Shown piece after piece: positions 1 through 16,200 of a stretch of 64,000 bases of DNA. The notes beneath the pieces were generated by a model that saw only the letters and a program-made list of their open reading frames with translations, did not search any database and was not told the DNA's origin. The first letter of the stretch is position 1. Each line of letters starts with the position of its first letter. The position numbers and the translations under genes are program-made. Source of the DNA: the human T2T-CHM13v2.0 reference genome, Homo sapiens; the NCBI RefSeq assembly GCF_009914755.1, contig NC_060927.1; one strand, given 5' to 3'.

Positions 1-87
1 TACATGAAATTTGAAAGTACATCAAATATAGATTATATACTGTACATAAAATATGAAAGTACCCCAAATATATATTATATACTCTAC

Positions 88-3000
88 ATGAAATATCAAA
101 GTTCACAAACTATATATTATATACTGTACATAAAATATCAAAGTACCCAAGGTATATATTCTATACTGTACAAAAAATATCAAAGTATCCAAAGCATGTA
201 TTATATACTGTATATAAAATATGAAAGTACATCAAATATATATTTTATTCTGTACATAAAATATCAAAGTACACCAGATATATATTCTATAGTGTACATA
301 AAATATCAAAGTACCCAAACTATACATTATATACTGTACATAAAATATGAAATTACAGCAAATATACATTATATTAGGTACATAAAATATGAAAGTACAT
401 CAAATATAGACTATATACCCTACATTAAATACCAAAGTACCCCAAATATATATTTTATACTGTACATGAAATATCAAAGTTCACAAACTATATATTATAT
501 ACTGTACATAAAATATCAATGTACCCAAGGTATATATTCTATACTGCACAAAAAATATCAAAGTACCCAAAGCATGTATTATATACTGTATATAAAATAT
601 GAAAGTACATCAAATATATATTTTATTCTGTACATAAAATATCAAAGTACACCAGATATATATTCTATAGTGTACATAAAATATCAAAGTACCCAAACTA
701 TACATTATATACTGTACATAAAATATGAAATTACATCAAATATATATTATATTAGGTACATAAAATACGAAAGTACATCAAATATAGATTATATACTGTA
801 CATAAAATATGAAAGTACCCCAATATATATTATATACTCTACATGAAATATCAAAGTTCACAAACTATATATTATGTACTGTACATAAAATATCAAACTA
901 CCCAAGGTATATATTCTATACTGTACAAAAAATATCAAAGTACCCAAAGCATGTATTATATAATGTACATAAAATATGAAAGTACATCAAATATATATTT
1001 TATTCTGTACATAAAATATCAAAGAACACCAGATATATATTCTATAGTGTACATAAAATATCAAAGTACCCAAACTATACATTATATACTGTACATAAAA
1101 TATGAAATTACATCAAATATATATTATATTAGGTACATAAAATATGAAAGTACATCAAATATAGATTATATACTGTAAATATAATATCAATGTACCCCAA
1201 ATATATATTTTATACTCTACATGAAATATCAAAGTTCACAAACCATATATTTTATACTGTACATAAAATATCAAAGTACCCAAGGTATATATTCTATACT
1301 GTACAAAAAATATCAAAGTACCCAAAGCATGTATTATATACTATACCTAAAATATGAAAGTACATCAAATATATATTTTATTCTGTACATAAAATTTCAA
1401 AGTACACCAGATATATATTCTACAGTGTACATAAAATATCAAAGTACCCAAACTATACATTATATACTGTACATAAAATATGAAATTACATCAAATATAT
1501 ATTATATTAGGTACATAAAATACGAAAGTACATCAAATATAGATTATATACTGTACATAAAATATCAAAGTACCCCAATATATATTATATACTGTACATG
1601 AAATATCAAAGTTCACAAACTATATATTATGTACTGTACATAAAATATCAAAGTACCCAAGGTATATATTCTATACTGAACAAAAAATATCAAAGTACCC
1701 AAAGCATGTATTATATAATGTACATAAAATATGAAAGTACATCAAATATATATTTTATTCTGTACATAAAATATCAAAGTACACCAGATATATATTCTAT
1801 AGCGTACATAAAATATCAAAGTACACAAACTATACATTATATACTGTACATAAAATATGAAATTACATCAAATATATATTATATTAGGTACATAAAATAT
1901 GAAAGTACATCAAATATAGATTATATACTGTAAATATAATATCAATGTACCCCAAATATATATTTTATACTCTACATGAAATATCAAAGTTCACAAACCA
2001 TATATTATATACTGTACATAAAATATCAAAGTACCCAAGGTATATATTCTATACTGTACAAAAAATATCAAAGTACCCAAAGCATGTATTATATACTGTA
2101 CATAAAATATGAAAGTACATCAAATATATATTTTATTCTGTACACAAAATATCAAAGTACACCAGATATATATTCTATAGTGTACATAAAATATCAAAGT
2201 ACCCAAACTATACATTATATACTGTACATAAAATATGAAATTACATCAAATATATATTATATTAGGTAAATGAAATATGAAAGTACATCAAATATAGATT
2301 ATATACCGTACATAAAATATCAAAGTACCCCAAATATATATTATATACTCTACATGAAATATCAAAGTTCGCAAACTATATATTATATACTGTACATAAA
2401 ATATCAAAGTACCCAAGGTATATATTCTATACTGTACAAAAAATATCAAAGTATCCAAAGCATGTATTATATACTGTATATAAAATATGAAAGTACATCA
2501 AATATATATTTTATTCTGTACATAAAATATCAAAGTACACCAGATATATATTCTATAGTGTACATAAAATATCAAAGTACCCAAACTATACATTATATAC
2601 TGTACATAAAATATGAAATTACAGCAAATATATATTATATTAGGTACATAAAATATGAAAGTACATCAAATATAGACTATATACTCTACATTAAATACCA
2701 AAGTACCCCAAATATATATTTTATACTGTACATGAAATATCAAAGTTCACAAACTATATATTATATACTGTACATAAAATATCAATGTACCCAAGGTATA
2801 TATTCTATACTGCACAAAAAATATCAAAGTACCCAAAGCATGTATTATATACTGTATATAAAATATGAAAGTACATCAAATATATATTTTATTCTGTACA
2901 TAAAATATCAAAGTACACCAGATATATATTCTATAGTGTACATAAAATATCAAAGTACCCAAACTATACATTATATACTGTACATAAAATATGAAATTAC

Positions 3001-4240
3001 ATCAAATATATATTATATTAGGTACATAAAATACGAAAGTACATCAAATATAGATTATATACTGTACATAAAATATGAAAGTACCCCAATATATATTATA
3101 TACTCTACATGAAATATCAAAGTTCACAAACTATATATTATGTACTGTACATAAAATATCAAACTACCCAAGGTATATATTCTATACTGTACAAAAAATA
3201 TCAAAGTACCCAAAGCATGTATTATATAATGTACATAAAATATGAAAGTACATCAAATATATATTTTATTCTGTACATAAAATATCAAAGAACACCAGAT
3301 ATATATTCTATAGTGTACATAAAATATCAAAGTACCCAAACTATACATTATATACTGTACATAAAATATGAAATTACATCAAATATATATTATATTAGGT
3401 ACATAAAATATGAAAGTACATCAAATATAGATTATATACTGTAAATATAATATCAATGTACCCCAAATATATATTTTATACTCTACATGAAATATCAAAG
3501 TTCACAAACCATATATTATATACTGTACATAAAATATCAAAGTACCCAAGGTATATATTCTATACTGTACAAAAAATATCAAAGTACCCAAAGCATGTAT
3601 TATATACTATACCTAAAATATGAAAGTACATCAAATATATATTTTATTCTGTACATAAAATATCAAAGTACACCAGATATATATTCTACAGTGTACATAA
3701 AATATCAAAGTACCCAAACTATACATTATATACTGTACATAAAATATGAAATTACATCAAATATATATTATATTAGGTACATAAAATACGAAAGTACATC
3801 AAATATAGATTATATACTGTACATAAAATATCAAAGTACCCCAATATATATTATATACTGTACATGAAATATCAAAGTTCACAAACTATATATTATGTAC
3901 TGTACATAAAATATCAAAGTACCCAAGGTATATATTCTATACTGTACAAAAAATATCAAAGTACCCAAAGCATGTATTATATAATGTACATAAAATATGA
4001 AAGTACATCAAATATATATTTTATTCTGTACATAAAATATCAAAGTACACCAGATATATATTCTATAGCGTACATAAAATATCAAAGTACACAAACTATA
4101 CATTATATACTGTACATAAAATATGAAATTACATCAAATATATATTATATTAGGTACATAAAATACGAAAGTACATCAAATATAGATTATATACTGTACA
4201 TAAAATATCAAAGTACCCCAATATATATTATATACTGTAC
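88..4240. repeat. 2266-bp (6-unit) tandem periodicity
   Basis: Marker units recur at offset 2266: 843/3109 (caaactaccc, aagaacacc), 1221/3487 (ctatacctaa, ctacagtg), 1598/3864, 88/2354 (agtatcc, tacagca, tagact). Confidence 0.85.
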
Positions 4241-7200
4241 ATGAAATATCAAAGTTCACAAACTATATATTATGTACTGTACATAAAATATCAAAGTACC
4301 CAAGGTATATATTCTATACTATACAAAAAATATCAAAGTACCCAAAGCATGTATTATATAATGTACATAAAATATGAAAGTACATCAAATATATATTTTA
4401 TTCTGTACATAAAATATCAAAGAACACCAGATATATATTCTATAGTGTACATAAAATATCAAAGTACCCAAACTATACATTATATAGTGTACATAAAATA
4501 TGAAATTACATCATATATATATTAGGTACATAAAATATGAAAGTACATCAAATATATATTTTATTCTGTACATAAAATATCAAAGTACACCAGATATATA
4601 TTCTATAGTGTACATAAAATAACAAAGTACACAAACTATAAATTATATAGTGTACATAAAATATGAAATTACATCAAATATATATTAGGTACATAAAATA
4701 TGAAAGTACATCAAATATAGATTATATACTGTACATATAATATCAATGTACCCGAAATATATATTTTATACTCTACATGAAATATCAAAGTTCACAAACC
4801 ATATATTGTATACTGCACATAAAATATCAAAATACCCAAGGTATATATTCTATACTGTACAAAAAATATCAAAGTACCCAAAGCAGGTATTATATACTGT
4901 ACATAAAATATGAAAGTACATCAAATATATATTTTATTCTGTACATAAAATATCAAAGTACACCAGATATATATTCTATAGCGTACATAAAATATCAAAG
5001 TACACAAACTATACATTATATACTGTACATAAAATATGAAATTACATCAAATATATATTATATTAGGTACATAAAATATGAAAGTACATCAAATATAGAT
5101 TATATACTGTAAATATAATATCAATGTACCCCAAATATATATTTTATACTCTACATGAAATATCAAACTTCACAAACCATATATTATATACTGTACATAA
5201 AATATCAAAGTACCCAAGGTATATATTCTATACTGTACAAAAAATATCAAAGTACCCAAAGCATGTATTATATACTGTACATAAAATATGAAAGTACATC
5301 AAATATATATTTTATTCTGTACATAAAATATCAAAGTACACCAGATATATATTCTATAGCGTACATAAAATATCAAAGTACCCAAACTATACATTATATA
5401 CTGTACATAAAATATGAAATTACATCAAATATATATTATATTAGGTAAATGAAATATGAAAGTACATCAAATATAGATTATATACTGTACATAAAATATG
5501 AAAGTACCCCAAATATATATTATATACTCTACATGAAATATCAAAGTTCACAAACCATATATTATATACTGTCCATAAAATATCAAAGTACCCAAGGTAT
5601 ATATTTTATACTGTACAAAAAATATCAAAGTACCCAAAGCATGTATTATATACTATACCTAAAATATGAAAGTACATCAAATATATATTTTATTCTGTAC
5701 ATAAAATATCAAAGTACACCAGATATATATTCTACAGTGTATATAAAATATCAAAGTACCCAAACTATACATTATATACTGTACATAAAATATGAAATTA
5801 CATCAAATATATATTATATTAGGTACATAAAATATGAAAGTACATGAAGTATAGATTATATACTGTACATAAAATATCAAAGTACCCCAAATTTATATTA
5901 TATACTATACATGAAATATCAAAGTTCACAAACTATATATTATATACTGTACATAAAATATCAAAGTACCCAAGGTATATATTCTATAGTGTACAAAAAA
6001 TATCAAAGTACCCAAAGCATGTATTATATACCGTACGTAAAATATAAAATTACATCAAATATATATTTTATTCTGTACATAAAATATCAAAGTACACCAG
6101 ATATATATACTATAGTGTACATAAAATATCAAAGTACCCAAACTATACATTATACACTGCACATAAAATATGAAATTACATCAAATATATATTAGGTACA
6201 GAAAATATGAAAGTACATCAAATATAGATTATATACTGTAAATATAATATCAATGTACCCCAAATATATATTTTATACTCTACATGAAATATCAAAGTTC
6301 ACAAACCATATATTATATACTGTACATAAAATATCAAAGTACCCAAGGTATATATTCTATACTGTACAAAAAATATCAAAGTACCCAAAGCATGTATTAT
6401 ATACTGTACATAAAATATGAAAGTACATCAAATATATATTTTATTCTGTACATAAAATATCAAAGTACACCAGATATATATTCTATAGTGTACATAAAAT
6501 ATCAAAGTACCCAAACTATACATTATATACTTTACATAAAATATGAAATTACATCAAATATATATTATATTAGGTACATGAAATTTGAAAGTACATCAAA
6601 TATAGATTATATACTGTACATAAAATATGAAAGTACCCCAAATATATATTATATACTCTACATGAAATATCAAAGTTCACAAACTATATATTATATACTG
6701 TACATAAAATATCAAAGTACCCAAGGTATATATTCTATACTGTACAAAAAATATCAAAGTATCCAAAGCATGTATTATATACTGTATATAAAATATGAAA
6801 GTACATCAAATATATATTTTATTCTGTACATAAAATATCAAAGTACACCAGATATATATTCTATAGTGTACATAAAATATCAAAGTACCCAAACTATACA
6901 TTATATACTGTACATAAAATATGAAATTACAGCAAATATATATTATATTAGGTACATAAAATATGAAAGTACATCAAATATAGATTATATACTGTACATT
7001 AAATACCAAAGTACCCCAAATATATATTTTATACTGTACATGAAATATCAAAGTTCACAAACTATATATTATATACTGTACATAAAATATCAATGTACCC
7101 AAGGTATATATTCTATACTGCACAAAAAATATCAAAGTACCCAAAGCATGTATTATATACTGTATATAAAATATGAAAGTACAACAAATATATATTTTAT

Positions 7201-10200
7201 TCTGTACATAAAATATCAAAGTACACCAGATATATATTCTATAGTGTACATAAAATATCAAAGTACCCAAACTATACATTATATACTGTACATAAAATAT
7301 GAAATTACATCAAATATATATTATATTAGGTACATAAAATACGAAAGTACATCAAATATAGATTATATACTGTACATAAAATATCAAAGTACCCCAATAT
7401 ATATTATATACTGTACATGAAATATCAAAGTTCACAAACTATATATTATGTACTGTACATAAAATATCAAAGTACCCAAGGTATATATTCTATACTGTAC
7501 AAAAAATATCAAAGTACCCAAAGCATGTATTATATAATGTACATAAAATATGAAAGTACATCAAATATATATTTTATTCTGTACATAAAATATCAAAGTA
7601 CACCAGATATATATTCTATAGCATACATAAAATATCAAAGTACCCAAACTATACATTATATACTGTACATAAAATATGAAATTACATCAAATATATATTA
7701 TATTAGGTAAATGAAATATGAAAGTACATCAAATATAGATTATATACTGTACATAAAATATGAAAGTACCCCAAATATATATTATATACTCTACATGAAA
7801 TATCAAAGTTCACAAACCATATATTATATACTGTCCATAAAATATCAAAGTACCCAAGGTATATATTTTATACTGTACAAAAAATATCAAAGTACCCAAA
7901 GCATGTATTATATACTATACCTAAAATATGAAAGTACATCAAATATATATTTTATTCTGTACATAAAATATCAAAGTACACCAGATATATATTCTACAGT
8001 GTATATAAAATATCAAAGTACCCAAACTATACATTATATACTGTACATAAAATATGAAATTACATCAAATATATATTATATTAGGTACATAAAATATGAA
8101 AGTACATGAAGTATAGATTATATACTGTACATAAAATATCAAGGTACCCCAAATTTATATTATATACTATACATGAAATATCAAAGTTCACAAACTATAT
8201 ATTATATACTGTACATAAAATATCAAAGTACCCAAGGTATATATTCTATAGTGTACAAAAAACATCAAAGTACCCAAAGCATGTATTATATACCGTACGT
8301 AAAATATAAAATTACATCAAATATATATTTTATTCTGTACATAAAATATCAAAGTACACCAGATATATATACTATAGTGTACATAAAATATCAAAGTACC
8401 CAAACTATACATTATACACTGTACATAAAATATGAAATTACATCAAATATATATTATATTAGGTACAGAAAATATGAAAGTACATCAAATATAGATTATA
8501 TACTGTAAATAAAATATCAATGTACCCCAAATATATATTTTATACTCTACATGAAATATCAAAGTTCACAAACCATATATTATATACTGTACATAAAATA
8601 TCAAAGTACCCAAGGTATATATTCTATACTGTACAAAAAATATCAAAGTACCCAAAGCATGTATTATATACTATACCTAAAATATGAAAGTACATCAAAT
8701 ATATATTTTATTCTGTACATAAAATATCAAAGTACACCAGATATATATTCTACAGTGTACATAAAATATCAAAGTACCCAAACTATACATTATATACTGT
8801 ACATAAAATATGAAATTACATCAAATATATATTATATTAGGTACATAAAATACGAAAGTACATCAAATATAGATTATATACTGTACATAAAATATCAAAG
8901 TACCCCAATATATATTATATACTGTACATGAAATATCAAAGTTCACAAACTATATATTATGTACTGTACATAAAATATCAAAGTACCCAAGGTATATATT
9001 CTATACTGTACAAAAAATATCAAAGTACCCAAAGCATGTATTATATAATGTACATAAAATATGAAAGTACATCAAATATATATTTTATTCTGTACATAAA
9101 ATATCAAAGTACACCAGATATATATTCTATAGCGTACATAAAATATCAAAGTACACAAACTATACATTATATACTGTACATAAAATATGAAATTACATCA
9201 AATATATATTATATTAGGTACATAAAATACGAAAGTACATCAAATATAGATTATATACTGTACATAAAATATCAAAGTACCCCAATATATATTATATACT
9301 GTACATGAAATATCAAAGTTCACAAACTATATATTATGTAGTGTACATAAAATATCAAAGTACCCAAGGTATATATTCTATACTGTACAAAAAATATCAA
9401 AGTACCCAAAGCATGTATTATATAATGTACATAAAATATGAAAGTACATCAAATATATATTTTATTCTGTACATAAAATATCAAAGAACACCAGATATAT
9501 ATTCTATAGTGTACATAAAATATCAAAGTACCCAAACTATACATTATATACTGTACATAAAATATGAAATTACATCATATATATATTAGGTACATAAAAT
9601 ATGAAAGTACATCAAATATATATTTTATTCTGTACATAAAATATCAAAGTACACCAGATATATATTCTATAGTGTACATAAAATAACAAAGTACACAAAC
9701 TATAAATTATATAGTGTACATAAAATATGAAATTACATCAAATATATATTAGGTACATAAAATATGAAAGTACATCAAATATAGATTATATACTGTACAT
9801 ATAATATCAATGTACCCGAAATATATATTTTATACTCTACATGAAATATCAAAGTTCACAAACCATATATTGTATACTGCACATAAAATATCAAAATACC
9901 CAAGGTATATATTCTATACTGTACAAAAAATATCAAAGTACCCAAAGCAGGTATTATATACTGTACATAAAATATGAAAGTACATCAAATATATATTTTA
10001 TTCTGTACATAAAATATCAAAGTACACCAGATATATATTCTATAGCGTACATAAAATATCAAAGTACACAAACTATACATTATATACTGTACATAAAATA
10101 TGAAATTACATCAAATATATATTATATTAGGTACATAAAATATGAAAGTACATCAAATATAGATTATATACTGTAAATATAATATCAATGTACCCCAAAT

Positions 10201-13200
10201 ATATATTTTATACTCTACATGAAATATCAAAGTTCACAAACCATATATTATATACTGTACATAAAATATCAAAGTACCCAAGGTATATATTCTATACTGT
10301 ACAAAAAATATCAAAGTACCCAAAGCATGTATTATATACTGTACATAAAATATGAAAGTACATCAAATATATATTTTATTCTGTACATAAAATATCAAAG
10401 TACACCAGATATATATTCTATAGCGTACATAAAATATCAAAGTACCCAAACTATACATTATATACTGTACATAAAATATGAAATTACATCAAATATATAT
10501 TATATTAGGTAAATGAAATATGAAAGTACATCAAATATAGATTATATACTGTACATAAAATATGAAAGTACCCCAAATATATATTATATACTCTACATGA
10601 AATATCAAAGTTCACAAACCATATATTATATACTGTCCATAAAATATCAAAGTACCCAAGGTATATATTTTATACTGTACAAAAAATATCAAAGTACCCA
10701 AAGCATGTATTATATACTATACCTAAAATATGAAAGTACATCAAATATATATTTTATTCTGTACATAAAATATCAAAGTACACCAGATATATATTCTACA
10801 GTGTATATAAAATATCAAAGTACCCAAACTATACATTATATACTGTACATAAAATATGAAATTACATCAAATATATATTATATTAGGTACATAAAATATG
10901 AAAGTACATGAAGTATAGATTATATACTGTACATAAAATATCAAAGTACCCCAAATTTATATTATATACTATACATGAAATATCAAAGTTCACAAACTAT
11001 ATATTATATACTGTACATAAAATATCAAAGTACCCAAGGTATATATTCTATAGTGTACAAAAAATATCAAAGTACCCAAAGCATGTATTATATACCGTAC
11101 GTAAAATATAAAATTACATCAAATATATATTTTATTCTGTACATAAAATATCAAAGTACACCAGATATATATACTATAGTGTACATAAAATATCAAAGTA
11201 CCCAAACTATACATTATACACTGCACATAAAATATGAAATTACATCAAATATATATTAGGTACAGAAAATATGAAAGTACATCAAATATAGATTATATAC
11301 TGTAAATATAATATCAATGTACCCCAAATATATATTTTATACTCTACATGAAATATCAAAGTTCACAAACCATATATTATATACTGTACATAAAATATCA
11401 AAGTACCCAAGGTATATATTCTATACTGTACAAAAAATATCAAAGTACCCAAAGCATGTATTATATACTGTACATAAAATATGAAAGTACATCAAATATA
11501 TATTTTATTCTGTACATAAAATATCAAAGTACACCAGATATATATTCTATAGTGTACATAAAATATCAAAGTACCCAAACTATACATTATATACTGTACA
11601 TAAAATATGAAATTACATCAAATATATATTATATTAGGTACATGAAATTTGAAAGTACATCAAATATAGATTATATACTGTACATAAAATATGAAAGTAC
11701 CCCAAATATATATTATATACTCTACATGAAATATCAAAGTTCACAAACTATATATTATATACTGTACATAAAATATCAAAGTACCCAAGGTATATATTCT
11801 ATACTGTACAAAAAATATCAAAGTATCCAAAGCATGTATTATATACTGTATATAAAATATGAAAGTACATCAAATATATATTTTATTCTGTACATAAAAT
11901 ATCAAAGTACACCAGATATATATTCTATAGTGTACATAAAATATCAAAGTACCCAAACTATACATTATATACTGTACATAAAATATGAAATTACAGCAAA
12001 TATATATTATATTAGGTACATAAAATATGAAAGTACATCAAATATAGATTATATACTGTACATTAAATACCAAAGTACCCCAAATATATATTTTATACTG
12101 TACATGAAATATCAAAGTTCACAAACTATATATTATATACTGTACATAAAATATCAATGTACCCAAGGTATATATTCTATACTGCACAAAAAATATCAAA
12201 GTACCCAAAGCATGTATTATATACTGTATATAAAATATGAAAGTACAACAAATATATATTTTATTCTGTACATAAAATATCAAAGTACACCAGATATATA
12301 TTCTATAGTGTACATAAAATATCAAAGTACCCAAACTATACATTATATACTGTACATAAAATATGAAATTACATCAAATATATATTATATTAGGTACATA
12401 AAATACGAAAGTACATCAAATATAGATTATATACTGTACATAAAATATCAAAGTACCCCAATATATATTATATACTGTACATGAAATATCAAAGTTCACA
12501 AACTATATATTATGTACTGTACATAAAATATCAAAGTACCCAAGGTATATATTCTATACTGTACAAAAAATATCAAAGTACCCAAAGCATGTATTATATA
12601 ATGTACATAAAATATGAAAGTACATCAAATATATATTTTATTCTGTACATAAAATATCAAAGTACACCAGATATATATTCTATAGCATACATAAAATATC
12701 AAAGTACCCAAACTATACATTATATACTGTACATAAAATATGAAATTACATCAAATATATATTATATTAGGTAAATGAAATATGAAAGTACATCAAATAT
12801 AGATTATATACTGTACATAAAATATGAAAGTACCCCAAATATATATTATATACTCTACATGAAATATCAAAGTTCACAAACCATATATTATATACTGTCC
12901 ATAAAATATCAAAGTACCCAAGGTATATATTTTATACTGTACAAAAAATATCAAAGTACCCAAAGCATGTATTATATACTATACCTAAAATATGAAAGTA
13001 CATCAAATATATATTTTATTCTGTACATAAAATATCAAAGTACACCAGATATATATTCTACAGTGTATATAAAATATCAAAGTACCCAAACTATACATTA
13101 TATACTGTACATAAAATATGAAATTACATCAAATATATATTATATTAGGTACATAAAATATGAAAGTACATGAAGTATAGATTATATACTGTACATAAAA

Positions 13201-16200
13201 TATCAAGGTACCCCAAATTTATATTATATACTATACATGAAATATCAAAGTTCACAAACTATATATTATATACTGTACATAAAATATCAAAGTACCCAAG
13301 GTATATATTCTATAGTGTACAAAAAACATCAAAGTACCCAAAGCATGTATTATATACCGTACGTAAAATATAAAATTACATCAAATATATATTTTATTCT
13401 GTACATAAAATATCAAAGTACACCAGATATATATACTATAGTGTACATAAAATATCAAAGTACCCAAACTATACATTATACACTGTACATAAAATATGAA
13501 ATTACATCAAATATATATTATATTAGGTACAGAAAATATGAAAGTACATCAAATATAGATTATATACTGTAAATAAAATATCAATGTACCCCAAATATAT
13601 ATTTTATACTCTACATGAAATATCAAAGTTCACAAACCATATATTATATACTGTACATAAAATATCAAAGTACCCAAGGTATATATTCTATACTGTACAA
13701 AAAATATCAAAGTACCCAAAGCATGTATTATATACTATACCTAAAATATGAAAGTACATCAAATATATATTTTATTCTGTACATAAAATATCAAAGTACA
13801 CCAGATATATATTCTACAGTGTACATAAAATATCAAAGTACCCAAACTATACATTATATACTGTACATAAAATATGAAATTACATCAAATATATATTATA
13901 TTAGGTACATAAAATACGAAAGTACATCAAATATAGATTATATACTGTACATAAAATATCAAAGTACCCCAATATATATTATATACTGTACATGAAATAT
14001 CAAAGTTCACAAACTATATATTATGTACTGTACATAAAATATCAAAGTACCCAAGGTATATATTCTATACTGTACAAAAAATATCAAAGTACCCAAAGCA
14101 TGTATTATATAATGTACATAAAATATGAAAGTACATCAAATATATATTTTATTCTGTACATAAAATATCAAAGTACACCAGATATATATTCTATAGCGTA
14201 CATAAAATATCAAAGTACACAAACTATACATTATATACTGTACATAAAATATGAAATTACATCAAATATATATTATATTAGGTACATAAAATACGAAAGT
14301 ACATCAAATATAGATTATATACTGTACATAAAATATCAAAGTACCCCAATATATATTATATACTGTACATGAAATATCAAAGTTCACAAACTATATATTA
14401 TGTAGTGTACATAAAATATCAAAGTACCCAAGGTATATATTCTATACTGTACAAAAAATATCAAAGTACCCAAAGCATGTATTATATAATGTACATAAAA
14501 TATGAAAGTACATCAAATATATATTTTATTCTGTACATAAAATATCAAAGAACACCAGATATATATTCTATAGTGTACATAAAATATCAAAGTACCCAAA
14601 CTATACATTATATACTGTACATAAAATATGAAATTACATCATATATATATTAGGTACATAAAATATGAAAGTACATCAAATATATATTTTATTCTGTACA
14701 TAAAATATCAAAGTACACCAGATATATATTCTATAGTGTACATAAAATAACAAAGTACACAAACTATAAATTATATAGTGTACATAAAATATGAAATTAC
14801 ATCAAATATATATTAGGTACATAAAATATGAAAGTACATCAAATATAGATTATATACTGTACATATAATATCAATGTACCCGAAATATATATTTTATACT
14901 CTACATGAAATATCAAAGTTCACAAACCATATATTGTATACTGCACATAAAATATCAAAATACCCAAGGTATATATTCTATACTGTACAAAAAATATCAA
15001 AGTACCCAAAGCAGGTATTATATACTGTACATAAAATATGAAAGTACATCAAATATATATTTTATTCTGTACATAAAATATCAAAGTACACCAGATATAT
15101 ATTCTATAGCGTACATAAAATATCAAAGTACACAAACTATACATTATATACTGTACATAAAATATGAAATTACATCAAATATATATTATATTAGGTACAT
15201 AAAATATGAAAGTACATCAAATATAGATTATATACTGTAAATATAATATCAATGTACCCCAAATATATATTTTATACTCTACATGAAATATCAAAGTTCA
15301 CAAACCATATATTATATACTGTACATAAAATATCAAAGTACCCAAGGTATATATTCTATACTGTACAAAAAATATCAAAGTACCCAAAGCATGTATTATA
15401 TACTGTACATAAAATATGAAAGTACATCAAATATATATTTTATTCTGTACATAAAATATCAAAGTACACCAGATATATATTCTATAGCGTACATAAAATA
15501 TCAAAGTACCCAAACTATACATTATATACTGTACATAAAATATGAAATTACATCAAATATATATTATATTAGGTAAATGAAATATGAAAGTACATCAAAT
15601 ATAGATTATATACTGTACATAAAATATGAAAGTACCCCAAATATATATTATATACTCTACATGAAATATCAAAGTTCACAAACCATATATTATATACTGT
15701 CCATAAAATATCAAAGTACCCAAGGTATATATTTTATACTGTACAAAAAATATCAAAGTACCCAAAGCATGTATTATATACTATACCTAAAATATGAAAG
15801 TACATCAAATATATATTTTATTCTGTACATAAAATATCAAAGTACACCAGATATATATTCTACAGTGTATATAAAATATCAAAGTACCCAAACTATACAT
15901 TATATACTGTACATAAAATATGAAATTACATCAAATATATATTATATTAGGTACATAAAATATGAAAGTACATGAAGTATAGATTATATACTGTACATAA
16001 AATATCAAAGTACCCCAAATTTATATTATATACTATACATGAAATATCAAAGTTCACAAACTATATATTATATACTGTACATAAAATATCAAAGTACCCA
16101 AGGTATATATTCTATAGTGTACAAAAAATATCAAAGTACCCAAAGCATGTATTATATACCGTACGTAAAATATAAAATTACATCAAATATATATTTTATT

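Noticed and set aside
211-218. TATA-box-like TATATAAA motifs as promoters
   Set aside because: They are expected by chance in this composition, arise from a recurrent C>T variant, and have no other promoter context.
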